A stretch of DNA of 64,000 nucleotides. Origin: Leptonemataceae bacterium. Its GTDB lineage: Bacteria > Spirochaetota > Leptospiria > Leptospirales > Leptonemataceae. The number at the start of each line of letters is the position of its first letter. The first letter of the stretch is position 1. Where the stretch lies: assembly GCA_965227295.1 (NCBI GenBank), contig OZ245742.1, forward strand, positions 1,632,001 through 1,696,000. The letters are read 5' to 3'. The notes beneath the pieces are model-generated. The model worked only from the letters and a program-made list of their open reading frames with translations. It was not told where the DNA came from and searched no databases. Positions 1-11,051 of the stretch are shown here, in pieces. A program made the position numbers and the translations under genes.

Positions 1-249
1 TCCGGAGCATTCCAGATGGAGGCTGACACGTTCCTGAATCTTCACACTGTGCGTGGCCAGGAAAAACGTAACGAGCATGGTTTCCCCCAGGAGGGAGTGT
101 ACCTGGGGCGAGGCCTGGTGGCGCTCCGCCGCTTCGGCGGCGATGGCGGAGTTGCGCCCCACCACGAAGCGGAAGTTCAGGTCCGGGATCGTACCGATGG
201 TATAAAAGTTCGAACGAAGGTTCGCGTAATCGTTAAGGAAATCCGCCAT
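1..249 (-). CDS. hslO: Hsp33-family redox-regulated chaperone (N-terminal part; runs off the window start)
   Basis: Manual minus-strand translation from ATG at 249 gives MADFLNDYANLRSNFYTIGTIPDLNFRFVVGRNSAIAAEAAERHQASPQVHSLLGETMLVTFFLATHSVKIQERVSLHLECSG. This resembles the Hsp33 N-terminus (..A..RH...P....LG.......vsl.l..sG). Not in the ORF track because it is truncated. Confidence 0.7.
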   Translation of the reverse strand, partial: MADFLNDYANLRSNFYTIGTIPDLNFRFVVGRNSAIAAEAAERHQASPQVHSLLGETMLVTFFLATHSVKIQERVSLHLECSG

Positions 250-303
250 GACTTCGCAAAGATAGCACGAACCGGTGCCGCCGTAAAACAAAAGATGGGG
301 CGC

Positions 304-1848
304 TTACTGCTTTTGTTCCCGTTGGTCGTGGCGCCGCAATGCCCGAAAAAACTCGTTGTAATGGTTCCGCGCGTTCCAGGCGATGAAGCCCGCCCCGCCG
401 GAATCCTTCGCCGCGTCTATTTGTCGTTTAATGTAGTTTTCGTACGACAGGCCGCTCTTGCTCACGCTCATCTTAAAAACCTGGATGTACGCGATGATGC
501 GCGACTGGTGCCCCACGCGTTTGATCGAAAGTTTCTGTCCGTCCAGGATCGTGCCGTAAGGATCGGCGATGCGTTTGGGTTGTCCGTAAAAGTGCGAGGG
601 ATAGAGCATCGGGTAGATCGTATCCAGGTGCGGGGCGAAGATCTCGAGCTTCTGACCGATGCGATCGTTGCGATTGAACGGGATGCGCCCGAAGATATCC
701 GCCCCGATGCGCACCCCGTGCGGTCGCAGGATGTCTTCGGCGCGCTCCAGAATTCCCGTGATCACCGCGTAACGTTGACTGAGCGAGAGTTTGCCGATGT
801 TCGCGCGGTCGGCGAAGCGAATGTAATCGAGCTGGATTTCCATGAAGCCCGCCTCGGCCGCTTCCTCGGCCCGTTTCAGGACGCCGCGCAGATGCTTTTC
901 CGGAACGTAAGGTACCTTAAGGCCGCCCTCGAAGACCACCACGCGCGCCACCAGATAAAAGCCGGACTCCCGGGCGAGGCGAATCATTTCCGTGGAAGGC
1001 ATCCGCGGCTGCACGTCGACGACCAGGGTGTTCACGCCGTACTGCCGGCACTTCTTGAACAGCGGGCGGAACTTCTGCGGCGTCCGCGCCACGTAACTGT
1101 TAATGTAAATGCCGCGATAAAACTCCGGCGCAAAGTATCGGAACGAACGATCAAAGGTCGAAGCGGCGACAGCTGACTTCGCGGCCTGTTTCGAAGTTCC
1201 CGCCGCGGCCGAGCCGGCGGGTGTTCCGGCATTCGAGAAACGGCTTTCCTGCTTTTCCGGCGCACGATCTAGTTTCCGCTGCCCGGCAGGTTCATGCTCC
1301 GGGTTCGCCTGCTCGCGGTTCTGTTCCTGACGCGTATTCTTGCGCGCTGCTTTGCGCGACTCCCGCTCTTGCGCGGTTTTCTGTTCAACGTTTGCCCGGC
1401 GCGTCCGCTGCGGCGGACGGAACTCACGTACCGGTTCCTGCATGCGGGATTTTACGCCGACACCTTCGCGTTCTGTTTCCGGCGGGCGTCCGGTGCGTAC
1501 GTCGCTCTTCGGCGTCTTGTTCGGAACGGCGGCGGGAGATTCGCTCGCCGATGACGCATCGGTCTCCGCGGATGCGCTCGGGGGCGTCTGCTTCGTTTCT
1601 TTCGTACGTTTCCGGGCCGGCTCTTCGCTTTCGTCGGAGCGCAAATACCGATCCGAATTCACGCCGGACAGCGGACGGGTGAGAGCGTCGTAGAGGCGCC
1701 GGTCGCGTTCTTCGCGCGGGCCGGGAATATTCGGCAGATCGTCCGGCAGGGGCTCCCGGGCGGAGGTCGCCGACGCTCCGAACAGGATGACGGCACTGAG
1801 AACAAGCGGATGAAAACGGGACGAGCAGAATCGAAGGATGGAGGTCAC
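304..1848 (-). CDS. Putative secreted glycoside hydrolase (DUF4015-like TIM barrel) with long low-complexity linker
   Basis: C-terminal part of ORF 304..2556 has RGIYI..Y, NTLVVDV, YLVARVVVF, GFMEIQLDYIRF, IGADIFG, IGQ..E, YPMLYPSHF and WNARNHY motifs. Probable GTG start at 1848 is followed by a signal-peptide-like stretch (PLVLSAVILFGASATSA). Confidence 0.75.
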   Translation of the reverse strand: MTSILRFCSSRFHPLVLSAVILFGASATSAREPLPDDLPNIPGPREERDRRLYDALTRPLSGVNSDRYLRSDESEEPARKRTKETKQTPPSASAETDASSASESPAAVPNKTPKSDVRTGRPPETEREGVGVKSRMQEPVREFRPPQRTRRANVEQKTAQERESRKAARKNTRQEQNREQANPEHEPAGQRKLDRAPEKQESRFSNAGTPAGSAAAGTSKQAAKSAVAASTFDRSFRYFAPEFYRGIYINSYVARTPQKFRPLFKKCRQYGVNTLVVDVQPRMPSTEMIRLARESGFYLVARVVVFEGGLKVPYVPEKHLRGVLKRAEEAAEAGFMEIQLDYIRFADRANIGKLSLSQRYAVITGILERAEDILRPHGVRIGADIFGRIPFNRNDRIGQKLEIFAPHLDTIYPMLYPSHFYGQPKRIADPYGTILDGQKLSIKRVGHQSRIIAYIQVFKMSVSKSGLSYENYIKRQIDAAKDSGGAGFIAWNARNHYNEFFRALRRHDQREQKQ

Positions 1849-1953
1849 AGTATCATTATCGCGTGCCGCCGTCCGGAAGTAGAGCACTATTTCCACTTGC
1901 TCCCGGCGATCCCCGTCGCATCCTGGCGCTGTCCCATCGCCCCCGCGACTTCT

Positions 1954-3942
1954 ATGCTTCGAGTTGATTCTCCGTTTCGTTCTCTGTGTTTGCGCATCGT
2001 ACCGGCCCTGCTCTGCGTACTTCCGGTCGTCTCGCCGCTCCGTTCCCAGGAAGTGGCGCCGTTTGCGGTCCAGCTCACCGACGGGAATCAGCCCACGGGG
2101 GCGTTCTCGCCGAACGGTGACGGTCTGCGCGACAGCATCGGCGTGCGCCTGACCGGCGTGCCCGAAGGTTTGCGAGAGCCCGGCGATTGGCGGGTGGAAA
2201 TACAGAACGGGACGGGAGAAATCATTCGCACCTACGCCGCGGACCGCCGGAAGATCCGTCCCGGCCGGGCCCTGGACAATCTCTTCCTGCCGGACAGCGA
2301 GGCCAGTCGGCCCCTGCGTCTGTTTGACACGATCGTCTGGGACGGCCGGGACGAAAACGGTGCCGTAGTTTCCGATGGTATTTATCAAGTTCTGGTGAGT
2401 GTGGAGGACCCGCAAAAAGGCGTCTTGCTCACCGCCGGAGCCGTGCCGGTCCTGGTGGACACGGAGCCGCCCGAACTGGACCTCAGCCCCGAGGTATCCC
2501 TGCTCTACCGGGAGCCGGGCTCGCCCGTCAGCGGCTCGGCCCTGGAGCGATTGCAAATCCGTCAGAGCGGCCGGGGCAATCCGGGCACGACTTACCTGGC
2601 GTCGGTCCTGGGTCCGGACGGACGGGTGGTTCGCGAGCGGACCTGGGAAGACCCGCTTCCCGAGAACATTTACATTTCGTGGGATGAGATCCAGACCGAG
2701 GACGAGGTCGAACAGTACGGCGCTTATCGCTACGTCATGACGGCCACGGACCCGGCGGGGAATCGCAGTGTCGCGGAAGTGGCGGACCTGCTCCTGGCAT
2801 CGTTTCCCACGAGATTGGACCTGCGCGCCGAGAGCGCCGCGGCTTACTATTTCTCACCGAACGGTGACGGCTTCCGGGACGTTCTCTCCCTGCGCCCCGT
2901 TTACCTGACTCCGGCCGGCGGCGAGATGCGGCGGTCCACGCGCAACATGCGTGAGTACTCCTTTGAGATTTTCCCGGAGAACTCCGAACCCGGGGAACCG
3001 CCCATCTATCGCGAGGACGGCAGCGGCGCGCCTCCCGCCGAGCTCACCTGGGACGGTCGCGACGGCAGCGGCGAGCCGGCGTCCTACGGTCGCTACTTCG
3101 TACGCCTCAGCGTAACTGACGGCGAGGAAGTCTTAAGAACCTTGCGCAAACCCGTGTGGATCGATACGGTCCCGCCGGACGGCTCCCTGTCCATCGGCGG
3201 CAGCAGTTTCACTCCGGACGGTGACGGCGACGACGAACGCAATCGCCTGGCGCTGAGTCTGGCCGACGGGGCCGCCGGTGTGGAAGATTGGTCGCTGCGC
3301 ATCCTGCTCGCCCCGCGGACCGGGGACGCGAAGATCGATCCGTCCGGCGGTTTTCAGCGAGTCTACCGGACCTGGCGCGGCGGTCGCTTCGCACCGCAGA
3401 CGATCGTGTGGGACGGCACTGCCGATGACGGCCGGCCCTGCGAAAGCCTGGAGCGATTTTTTGTGGAGTATGAGATACGAGATCGCGCCGGTAACGTGCG
3501 CCGCGGCCGATCCGGAGAAATGCGAACCGGGGTTTTGCTGCGTCCACTCCGTCGTGGATCTGCCGACCTGGTGGCGCGCCTGCCGCAGCAGAACTACTTC
3601 AATGAACGCGGTCGCCTGACCGCTGCCGGTGAAGACGCCCTGGATGCCGTACTGAGTTCGCTCTCGCGTTACGGGCGTTACAACGTGGTCGTAGAAAGCC
3701 ATTCCGCCGTGCCCGGTCGCGAGGAAGAGAACCTGGAAAAGACCGAATTTCGCGCGCGCTCCATATTCGAGTACGTCCTGGCCCGCGGCTTTCCTCGCGA
3801 GCGCTTGCGCTATCGCGGCCACGGCGAAGCGGAGATTCGTCTGCCGGCCCCGGTGGACGGCGACCATGCCTTCGAACACTATCGCAATGAGCGCATCGAG
3901 GTTCGGCTGCACCTGCGCGAAGCGAAATCGTCCGAACGTTAG
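1954..3942 (+). CDS. OmpA-family protein with repeated FlgD-type Ig-like domains
   Basis: Signal peptide, three F(S/T)P(N/D)GDG motifs, three WDG motifs (WDGRD..G twice, WDGTADDG), and a C-terminal OmpA-like domain (ENLEKTEFRARSI..Y, RLRYRGHGE, NERIEV). Start inferred at ATG 1954. Confidence 0.8.
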   Translation: MLRVDSPFRSLCLRIVPALLCVLPVVSPLRSQEVAPFAVQLTDGNQPTGAFSPNGDGLRDSIGVRLTGVPEGLREPGDWRVEIQNGTGEIIRTYAADRRKIRPGRALDNLFLPDSEASRPLRLFDTIVWDGRDENGAVVSDGIYQVLVSVEDPQKGVLLTAGAVPVLVDTEPPELDLSPEVSLLYREPGSPVSGSALERLQIRQSGRGNPGTTYLASVLGPDGRVVRERTWEDPLPENIYISWDEIQTEDEVEQYGAYRYVMTATDPAGNRSVAEVADLLLASFPTRLDLRAESAAAYYFSPNGDGFRDVLSLRPVYLTPAGGEMRRSTRNMREYSFEIFPENSEPGEPPIYREDGSGAPPAELTWDGRDGSGEPASYGRYFVRLSVTDGEEVLRTLRKPVWIDTVPPDGSLSIGGSSFTPDGDGDDERNRLALSLADGAAGVEDWSLRILLAPRTGDAKIDPSGGFQRVYRTWRGGRFAPQTIVWDGTADDGRPCESLERFFVEYEIRDRAGNVRRGRSGEMRTGVLLRPLRRGSADLVARLPQQNYFNERGRLTAAGEDALDAVLSSLSRYGRYNVVVESHSAVPGREEENLEKTEFRARSIFEYVLARGFPRERLRYRGHGEAEIRLPAPVDGDHAFEHYRNERIEVRLHLREAKSSER

Positions 3943-3947
3943 GATTC

Positions 3948-4433
3948 ATGCGCGCACCGCTATTAAAGATTATCACACTGATTCTGCTGCTGGCGTTGCC
4001 TGCTAATGCCGACAGGGCTTTTGACTTTCGGAACTTTACGAAGTTGCGGGCCGCGGACCGGGAGTTCGAGATCATCGGTGTCAATGGATACGTGCGCGAT
4101 CGGGCCGTGGGCTCGGGCCGGATTCTGGCGCTGGGGGATCATCGCCTCCACTTCAAGTTTTCCATAACGGCCGTAGTTTACGGTGAGGTAAAGTTACGCT
4201 ACGCCGGGCGCACAAAGCATAAGATCCTCCTGGACCTGGAGTACAGCGGCGCGTCACCGCGCGGCCCGGAGGCGGCGAAGGAACGGGTGGAGGCGGACGC
4301 CTTCCTGGCGGAGAACGGCGTGCTGACGTTTCAGTTCATGAACGCGCAGCGCATGATTCATCTATCCGTGGATTCCCGGGGGCGGAGCAAGTTTATCTCG
4401 TCCTGGGGGGCGTCACGGCTTGCGGCGCAGTAG
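3948..4433 (+). CDS. Hypothetical secreted protein
   Basis: 161-aa ORF with signal peptide (LLKIITLILLLALPANA), starting 5 bp after the OmpA gene. Confidence 0.65.
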   Translation: MRAPLLKIITLILLLALPANADRAFDFRNFTKLRAADREFEIIGVNGYVRDRAVGSGRILALGDHRLHFKFSITAVVYGEVKLRYAGRTKHKILLDLEYSGASPRGPEAAKERVEADAFLAENGVLTFQFMNAQRMIHLSVDSRGRSKFISSWGASRLAAQ

Positions 4434-4441
4434 GTTGAAGA

Positions 4442-5431
4442 TCAGCCGGCTTTGATTTTCAGGGCGCGTTGTACACCCTTGACGATGCCTTTCGCACGCA
4501 GCCCGTAATGATCCATGAGCGCGTCGGCGGTGCCGCTCTGACCGAAGGAATCCTGCATGCCGAGTCGTACGATGGGTACCGGCTTCGTTTCACCTAGCGC
4601 CTCCGCAATGGCCGCGCCGAGACCGCCGAGTACATTGTGCTCTTCCACGCTGACAATGGCGCCGGTCTTCCCGGCGTACTTCTTCAGCAGGGCTACGTCG
4701 ATGGGTTTGATGGACGCCATATTGATGACGGCGACACTCACATCTTTCTTTGCGAGTTGTTCCGCGGCCAGCACGGCCTCGGAAACCATGGCACCGCAGG
4801 CCACAATGGTTACGTCCGTGCCGTCCATGAGGACCTCGCCCTTGCCCTCTTTGAACTGATAAGACTTCTTGTGCTTGAGAACAGGCAATGCTGAACGTCC
4901 ACAGCGTATGTAGACCGGGCCTTCGAGTTCGTAAGCGCGCTGGATGATTTGCTTCGTTTCGTGATAGTCCGCCGGAACAAAGACATGCATACCCGGGATG
5001 ACGCGCATGGTGGCGATGTCCTCAATGCACTGGTGTGAGGCGCCGTCCTCGCCGACGGTGATACCGGCGTGAGAGGCGACGAGCTTTACGTTCGTCCGGG
5101 GATAGGCGACTGAGTTTCGGATGATCTCCCAGGCGCGGCCGGAGAGGAACATGGCGAAGCTGGACGCGAAGGGGACGAGGCCGGAGAGGGCGAAGCCGGC
5201 GGCCATACCCACTAAGTTTTGCTCAGCAACACCTACGTTGAAAAAACGATCCGGAAATTCCTTCCCGAAATGCTTCGTCATTGTGGAGCCGGAGAGATCG
5301 GCGTCGAGGACGACCACGTTCTTTTGTTTTCGGCCGAGTTCCAGGAGCGCTTCGCCGTAGGCCTGGCGTGTGGCGATCTTTTCCGTCGTCAGGACGGACG
5401 GCGGCGACTTTTTCGACGAGGCAGCGGGCAT
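4442..5431 (-). CDS. Transketolase, C-terminal (pyrimidine-binding) subunit
   Basis: Motifs [64 protein letters not shown]. Confidence 0.93.
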   Translation of the reverse strand: MPAASSKKSPPSVLTTEKIATRQAYGEALLELGRKQKNVVVLDADLSGSTMTKHFGKEFPDRFFNVGVAEQNLVGMAAGFALSGLVPFASSFAMFLSGRAWEIIRNSVAYPRTNVKLVASHAGITVGEDGASHQCIEDIATMRVIPGMHVFVPADYHETKQIIQRAYELEGPVYIRCGRSALPVLKHKKSYQFKEGKGEVLMDGTDVTIVACGAMVSEAVLAAEQLAKKDVSVAVINMASIKPIDVALLKKYAGKTGAIVSVEEHNVLGGLGAAIAEALGETKPVPIVRLGMQDSFGQSGTADALMDHYGLRAKGIVKGVQRALKIKAG

Positions 5432-5500
5432 GGTGAAAGAAGTACGGCGAACGGTAGCTGCCGTTCGCCGTAGTTGCGAGGAGTGCGGTCGACTGAAAGA

Positions 5501-6638
<1,138 letters not shown>

Positions 6639-6661
<23 letters not shown>

Positions 6662-7781
6662 AAGCTCTGGTAACGAAAATTCGGAAGCGCTCCCCGTCAA
6701 CCGAAACCAGGCCGGACTTCCGCGCCGTCGAATAGCCGGGTTTCTGGCCGGTCTGGCGTTACTGTCCTGGCTTTTGGGTGGAGGAGCCGGTTGCGTGACG
6801 TATCTGGCGCGGGCCGGCTGCGGCCAGATGGAGATCCTGTGGAAGCGTGAGCCGATTCGCGACGTGATTGCCGATCCCGCGACCGGTACGGAGGAGCGCG
6901 CAAAGCTGTTGCACGTGGAGCGAGTCCGGGAGTTTGCTCGCCGCGAACTCGGCCTGCGCGTGGAAGATACATACACCAGTTATTCACGCCTGGACCGCGA
7001 AGCCATCGCCTGGAACGTAAGCGCATCCCGGGAACTGGCGTTGGAGCCGAAGACCTGGTGGTTTCCCATCGTCGGTCGGGTGCCGTATCTCGGCTTTTTT
7101 ACGAAAGAAGAAGCCGAGGATCTCCGTGCGGAGCTGGAAGCGGAAGGCTGGGACGTTATCGTCAGCACGGTGGCCGCGTATTCCACGCTTGGTTGGTTTG
7201 ACGATCCCCTGGTTTCTCCGCAACTCCAGTCCTCCGAATGGTGGCTGGCATCGCTCGTTATCCACGAATCAGCCCACGCGACCGTCTGGTTTCCGGGCGA
7301 TGTTCGCTTTAACGAATCTTTCGCCTCGTTCGTGGAAACCGAGGGAGCGTTGCAGTTCTATCGCCAGACCTTCGGTCCGGACAGCGAGGAGTACCGGAGC
7401 CGGATTCGTCTCCTGCTAGAAGCTAAAGAGTATTCGCTAATTCTTAGGCGCTATGCAGAGAAACTTAATCATCTCTATGCAGCCGACGACCCGGAAGAAC
7501 GGAAGCGCGTCGGCAAACGACGTTTACTGGAAGAGCTCCGTACCGAATTGCTGCGCCGGGCGCCCGAGTTTCGGGAGTTAAACCTGAGAAAACGAGCGGA
7601 ACGTGAATTCAATAATGCACATTTCTTATCGCACTTGAGATATCGATCCGGCAGTGACTTTTTTCAAACTCGCTTTGAAGCCTGTGAACGGCGTTGGAGT
7701 TGCTTTCTGGAATCTATGCAGAAACTGGAAGGTCTTGATGCAGCGGACCGTCGGAAGTTATGGAACGAATCGGGGCCGTGA
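6639..7781 (+). CDS. Putative zinc aminopeptidase (DUF2265-like), probably exported/lipoprotein
   Basis: Motifs [27 protein letters not shown], zinc motif HESAH and [10 protein letters not shown]. Start uncertain; the 6639 start overlaps the divergent metK start. Confidence 0.85.
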
Positions 7782-7975
7782 AGTGCGACTTTATTCTTAC
7801 ACAATCTTAACAAATCACTAAAGATTCTAAACCATTTAGAAAGTGTAGGTATATCTACTTATCGCCGTCGCCGGGTCTCGGGGCGGGAAGCCGGGATTGT
7901 GAAAAAATTTCAAAGCTTGTAAATTTTTATTTATTTATATTGACGTCTGAGTAGACTGAGCCTCACGAAAGGAGT

Positions 7976-8408
7976 ATGCAAGTGGAACTACTTCTACAAA
8001 TGGGACGTGCCTACCGCGGTTCCATCGACCTTGTACGAAACGGACTGTCAAAGAAGGACAAGTACTCGACGCTGGCACTTTCCATTCTTCGTTACGTGGA
8101 CCGAAATCCCGAAGTCTCTCAGGGCGAGCTGGGCAAAATTCTCCGCCGGGATCCCATGACCATGAGTCAGGCCGTGCGTTCTCTACAAAACGCCAATCTC
8201 GTGGTCAGTCACGCGGACGCCCAGGACAAACGCGTAAAACGTTTACTTCGTAACGAAAAAAGGACGCAACCTCAGCGAAAGCCTGAAGACCCGCGAAGAA
8301 AAACTCATCGATGGTTTAAAGCGTTCGTGGGGAAAGCAGCGGACGAATCAGTTTGCCAAAGACATGGCGGAGTTCAACGAATTCCTGACGCAGTATAGCG
8401 GGAACTAA
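7976..8408 (+). pseudogene. MarR-family transcriptional regulator with apparent +1 frameshift near 8246 (pseudogene or assembly indel)
   Basis: RBS aaggag precedes ATG 7976. wHTH SQGELGKILRRDPMTMSQAVRSL...DKRVKRL; the conserved wing continuation FVTKKGRNLSESL... lies in the +1 frame from 8247 and ends at TAA 8406-8408. Confidence 0.8.
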
Positions 8409-8416
8409 CGCAGCGT

Positions 8417-8466
8417 GCCGCTCTTCTATAGAGAAAAAGTATTAGAGCGGCTCGGTCTTTTGTTTT
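8417..8466 (+). terminator. Possible intrinsic terminator after marR
   Basis: GCCGCTCT(8417-8424)/AGAGCGGC(8444-8451) stem followed by tcttttgtttt. The loop is long, so support is weak. Confidence 0.4.
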
Positions 8467-8553
8467 AGATTCTTAACTTTCCCCCGCCGTCACTCAGTTG
8501 AACGTCCAGGCTCGCAAGCTTTCGGCATAGTAGCAGTACCGGGTGAGCCCTTA

Positions 8554-9393
8554 TTAAAGATCCACAACGTAAAAGATCTGCCCTTTGCGGCGCAGCTTTG
8601 TCTTGATCAGCTCATGCTCGCGATTCGGAGGGAGGTCGATCTTTTCTCGATACCGTTCGGAGTGGCGGACGGGGTCGAAGTCCTCAATGGCAAGAATGCG
8701 GTCATAGCGCAGTCCCAGCCAGCCGCCGTTCGGGCGGGAGAACACCATGAGATTGCCACCGTGCCGGGGGACCGGGAAGGCCTGTCCGTCGTGATCGGCA
8801 TGGGGAAAAACTTCCAGCAGGGCAGCGCCGCGTTTTGCGCGGTAGGACTTTGCCGGATCCACGCGGTGTAGATTGTAGCGGAGGTTGCCCTGGACCACGA
8901 AGCGCAGGTCTCCTAATTGGTAAAAGACGAGGCGGCCGCCGTGGATCAGGTCCGGCCGGAGCAATTGATCAGGCGGGGCGGAACCCGCCTGGCTGGCGTT
9001 CGGATCGTCCGGATGCGCCGTGCGGGCGGCGGCGGGAACTTCCCAGACCGGGCTGCGTTCCAGTTCTTCGAGGCGCTCATACAGTTTATCAAAGATCGTG
9101 TTCGGATCTGTCCGCGGGCCGAGGCGCTGGAGTTCCGACGCGACGCGCTGGACCTTTTCCTGTAAAAGCGGATGCAGCTTCGGCAACAAGGACTGCATCT
9201 GCGCCATGGCGACGCGGGCCAGTCGCAGGCGTTCCGCCGCCTCGCGATCCGCCTCTTCCAGACGGCGAAACTCTTTGCGGCAGAGTTCACACAGGCCGTG
9301 GACTTGCGACAGCAGTTCCTCGAAAGCAAACTCGGCGGCGACGTCCGGAGACGCGGTATCGGAGGAGGGCAGGGATGGGTCCGGGGCGGTCAT
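8554..9393 (-). CDS. Hypothetical protein, N-terminal helical region plus degenerate CheW-like C-terminal domain
   Basis: 279-aa ORF downstream of rodA. LVFYQLGDLRFVV and LMVFSRPNGGWLGLRYDRILAIEDF resemble the first and late strands of CheW. Confidence 0.55.
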   Translation of the reverse strand: MTAPDPSLPSSDTASPDVAAEFAFEELLSQVHGLCELCRKEFRRLEEADREAAERLRLARVAMAQMQSLLPKLHPLLQEKVQRVASELQRLGPRTDPNTIFDKLYERLEELERSPVWEVPAAARTAHPDDPNASQAGSAPPDQLLRPDLIHGGRLVFYQLGDLRFVVQGNLRYNLHRVDPAKSYRAKRGAALLEVFPHADHDGQAFPVPRHGGNLMVFSRPNGGWLGLRYDRILAIEDFDPVRHSERYREKIDLPPNREHELIKTKLRRKGQIFYVVDL

Positions 9394-9447
9394 GTTGATT
9401 GGACGCGGGGCGCCCTACTTATGATCGGCACGAGGACCCACCGGCCA

Positions 9448-10980
9448 TTAGTTCGCAAAACGACGTCGGTAGATGCTCAGGAGAATGCCGACGGACGCCA
9501 TACACGTGACCATATGCGAACCGCCGTAGCTCATAAAGCTCAGCGGCAGGCCCGTCACCGGCAGCAGGCCCAGGGCGATCCCCGTGTTAAAAGCGATGTG
9601 ATAAAAGAACATAAACGATATGCCGGCCGCGAGCAACGATCCGAAACGATCCCTCGCGTCGAAGGCCAGTTGCAGACCGCGCAAAGGTATGGCGATGAGT
9701 ATGATCAGCAACGCCACCGCGCCGATGAATCCGGTGCGCTCGCTCCACGATGTGAAGATGAAGTCCGTGTATGCTTCCGGAACCAGCGGGCGATCGCCCA
9801 TGGTCATGTCGCCTTCGAAGAGGCCGCGCCCGGTAACCTGGCCGGAACCGATGGCCGCCTTGGACGCGCGAATCTGATATGCGAGATCCCGGGGAAATTT
9901 CTCCGGATTCACGAAGGCCGTGATGCGTACAACCTGGTGATACTTAAAAGAGATCGTCGATTGTACGGCTGCGGCGGCGAGCAGTGAGATGCCGAATACG
10001 CCCAGGGGAATGTAGACTTTGCGCAGGTTCTCCAGGGCCCGGCCCTGGGTATAACGCAAGACCACGAGGATGACGGCCACCAGAGCGCACAGTGCGCCGA
10101 CCACGGTCAGTACGGTGATGTTTTGCAAGAGCAACAGCAGCAGGCCGCCGGATTCGTAGCGCACGGCTTCCACGGCTTCCTGGATGGACTGCAACAGATT
10201 CTCGCTGTTCAGAATGCCCAGCAGATAACTGCGATCCTGATCCGCAACGGTGCTCGGGATAATGCCGCTGTCGACGAACTTCCAGATGTCCGTCTTCAGA
10301 ATGCGCACGGCCGGCACCAGTCCGTCCTTGCCGAGCTCCGAGAGATGGATCGCTAAAGGATCGACCATCGTAATCTTATGATATTCGATGTACAGCGGGA
10401 TCGAGATCGTCATCCCGAAGAAAACGAGCACCGAGCCGATGTGGTAGATGTCCGCGCCGGCGATGAAGAGCATCGACATGAGGATGGGCGCCAGCGAGAA
10501 GGCGCCGCCGAAGTCCGGCTGCACCACGATCAGGAGCATGGGCACCACGGCGATGACGAACGGGATGATCAGCGACGGCAGTCGGCTCATCTCTTTCTCT
10601 TTGAGTTCCAGGTACTTCGCAACCAGGATGATCGTAACCAGCTTGGCCAGTTCCGATGTTTGAAAGCCGATGGGGCCGAAACGAATCCAGGAGCGCGCAC
10701 CTTTGATCTCGCTGCCGATGCCGGGGATGAGCGTGATCAGCAGGAGCACGATGGACAAGGCGTACAGCGGCAGCACGTAATCGCCCAGGCTGTTGTATTG
10801 CATTCGGCGCAGCGTGAAACACAACACCAGGCCAATCAAAAAAAACGCAAGCTGGCGGATCCACCGTCCGGATTGTTCTTCGAGGATGGCTTCCTGGGCG
10901 TACAGCGTAAAGATACCCGCACCGACGGCGATCAGGACGCAGCCGAAAAGCACGAAATCTATGCGCAGGGTCTTACTCAT
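9448..10980 (-). CDS. rodA: Rod shape-determining SEDS glycosyltransferase RodA
   Basis: Motifs GARSWIRFGPIGFQTSELAK, QPDFG, YQIRASKAAIGSG, PEAYTDFIF, LLPVTGLPLSFMSYGGS. Downstream of mrdA. Confidence 0.95.
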   Translation of the reverse strand: MSKTLRIDFVLFGCVLIAVGAGIFTLYAQEAILEEQSGRWIRQLAFFLIGLVLCFTLRRMQYNSLGDYVLPLYALSIVLLLITLIPGIGSEIKGARSWIRFGPIGFQTSELAKLVTIILVAKYLELKEKEMSRLPSLIIPFVIAVVPMLLIVVQPDFGGAFSLAPILMSMLFIAGADIYHIGSVLVFFGMTISIPLYIEYHKITMVDPLAIHLSELGKDGLVPAVRILKTDIWKFVDSGIIPSTVADQDRSYLLGILNSENLLQSIQEAVEAVRYESGGLLLLLLQNITVLTVVGALCALVAVILVVLRYTQGRALENLRKVYIPLGVFGISLLAAAAVQSTISFKYHQVVRITAFVNPEKFPRDLAYQIRASKAAIGSGQVTGRGLFEGDMTMGDRPLVPEAYTDFIFTSWSERTGFIGAVALLIILIAIPLRGLQLAFDARDRFGSLLAAGISFMFFYHIAFNTGIALGLLPVTGLPLSFMSYGGSHMVTCMASVGILLSIYRRRFAN

Positions 10981-11051
10981 GGGATTGGGGTGCGCGCCTT
11001 ATGCGATAGTATCCAGCCGTGGCCCGGCGTACAGCGTTTTTGCGCAGCCGG

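Noticed and set aside
16..1176. Long plus-strand ORF (386 aa) and many other long overlapping ORFs (e.g. 9172..9987, 17159..18115, 30881..32437, 46018..47598, 56086..57288)
   Set aside because: These are antisense or alternate-frame shadows of well-supported genes, expected in GC-rich DNA. They show no recognisable motifs.
6662..6976. SAM riboswitch or N-terminal extension upstream of metK
   Set aside because: The region is occupied by the divergent aminopeptidase CDS, and I recognise no SAM-riboswitch consensus.
8508..8550. Hairpin GGCTCGC...GTGAGCC containing GAAA (minus strand) as a ribozyme or ncRNA
   Set aside because: Lacks the hammerhead CUGANGA core and other recognisable motifs. 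More likely a 3' hairpin between convergent genes.
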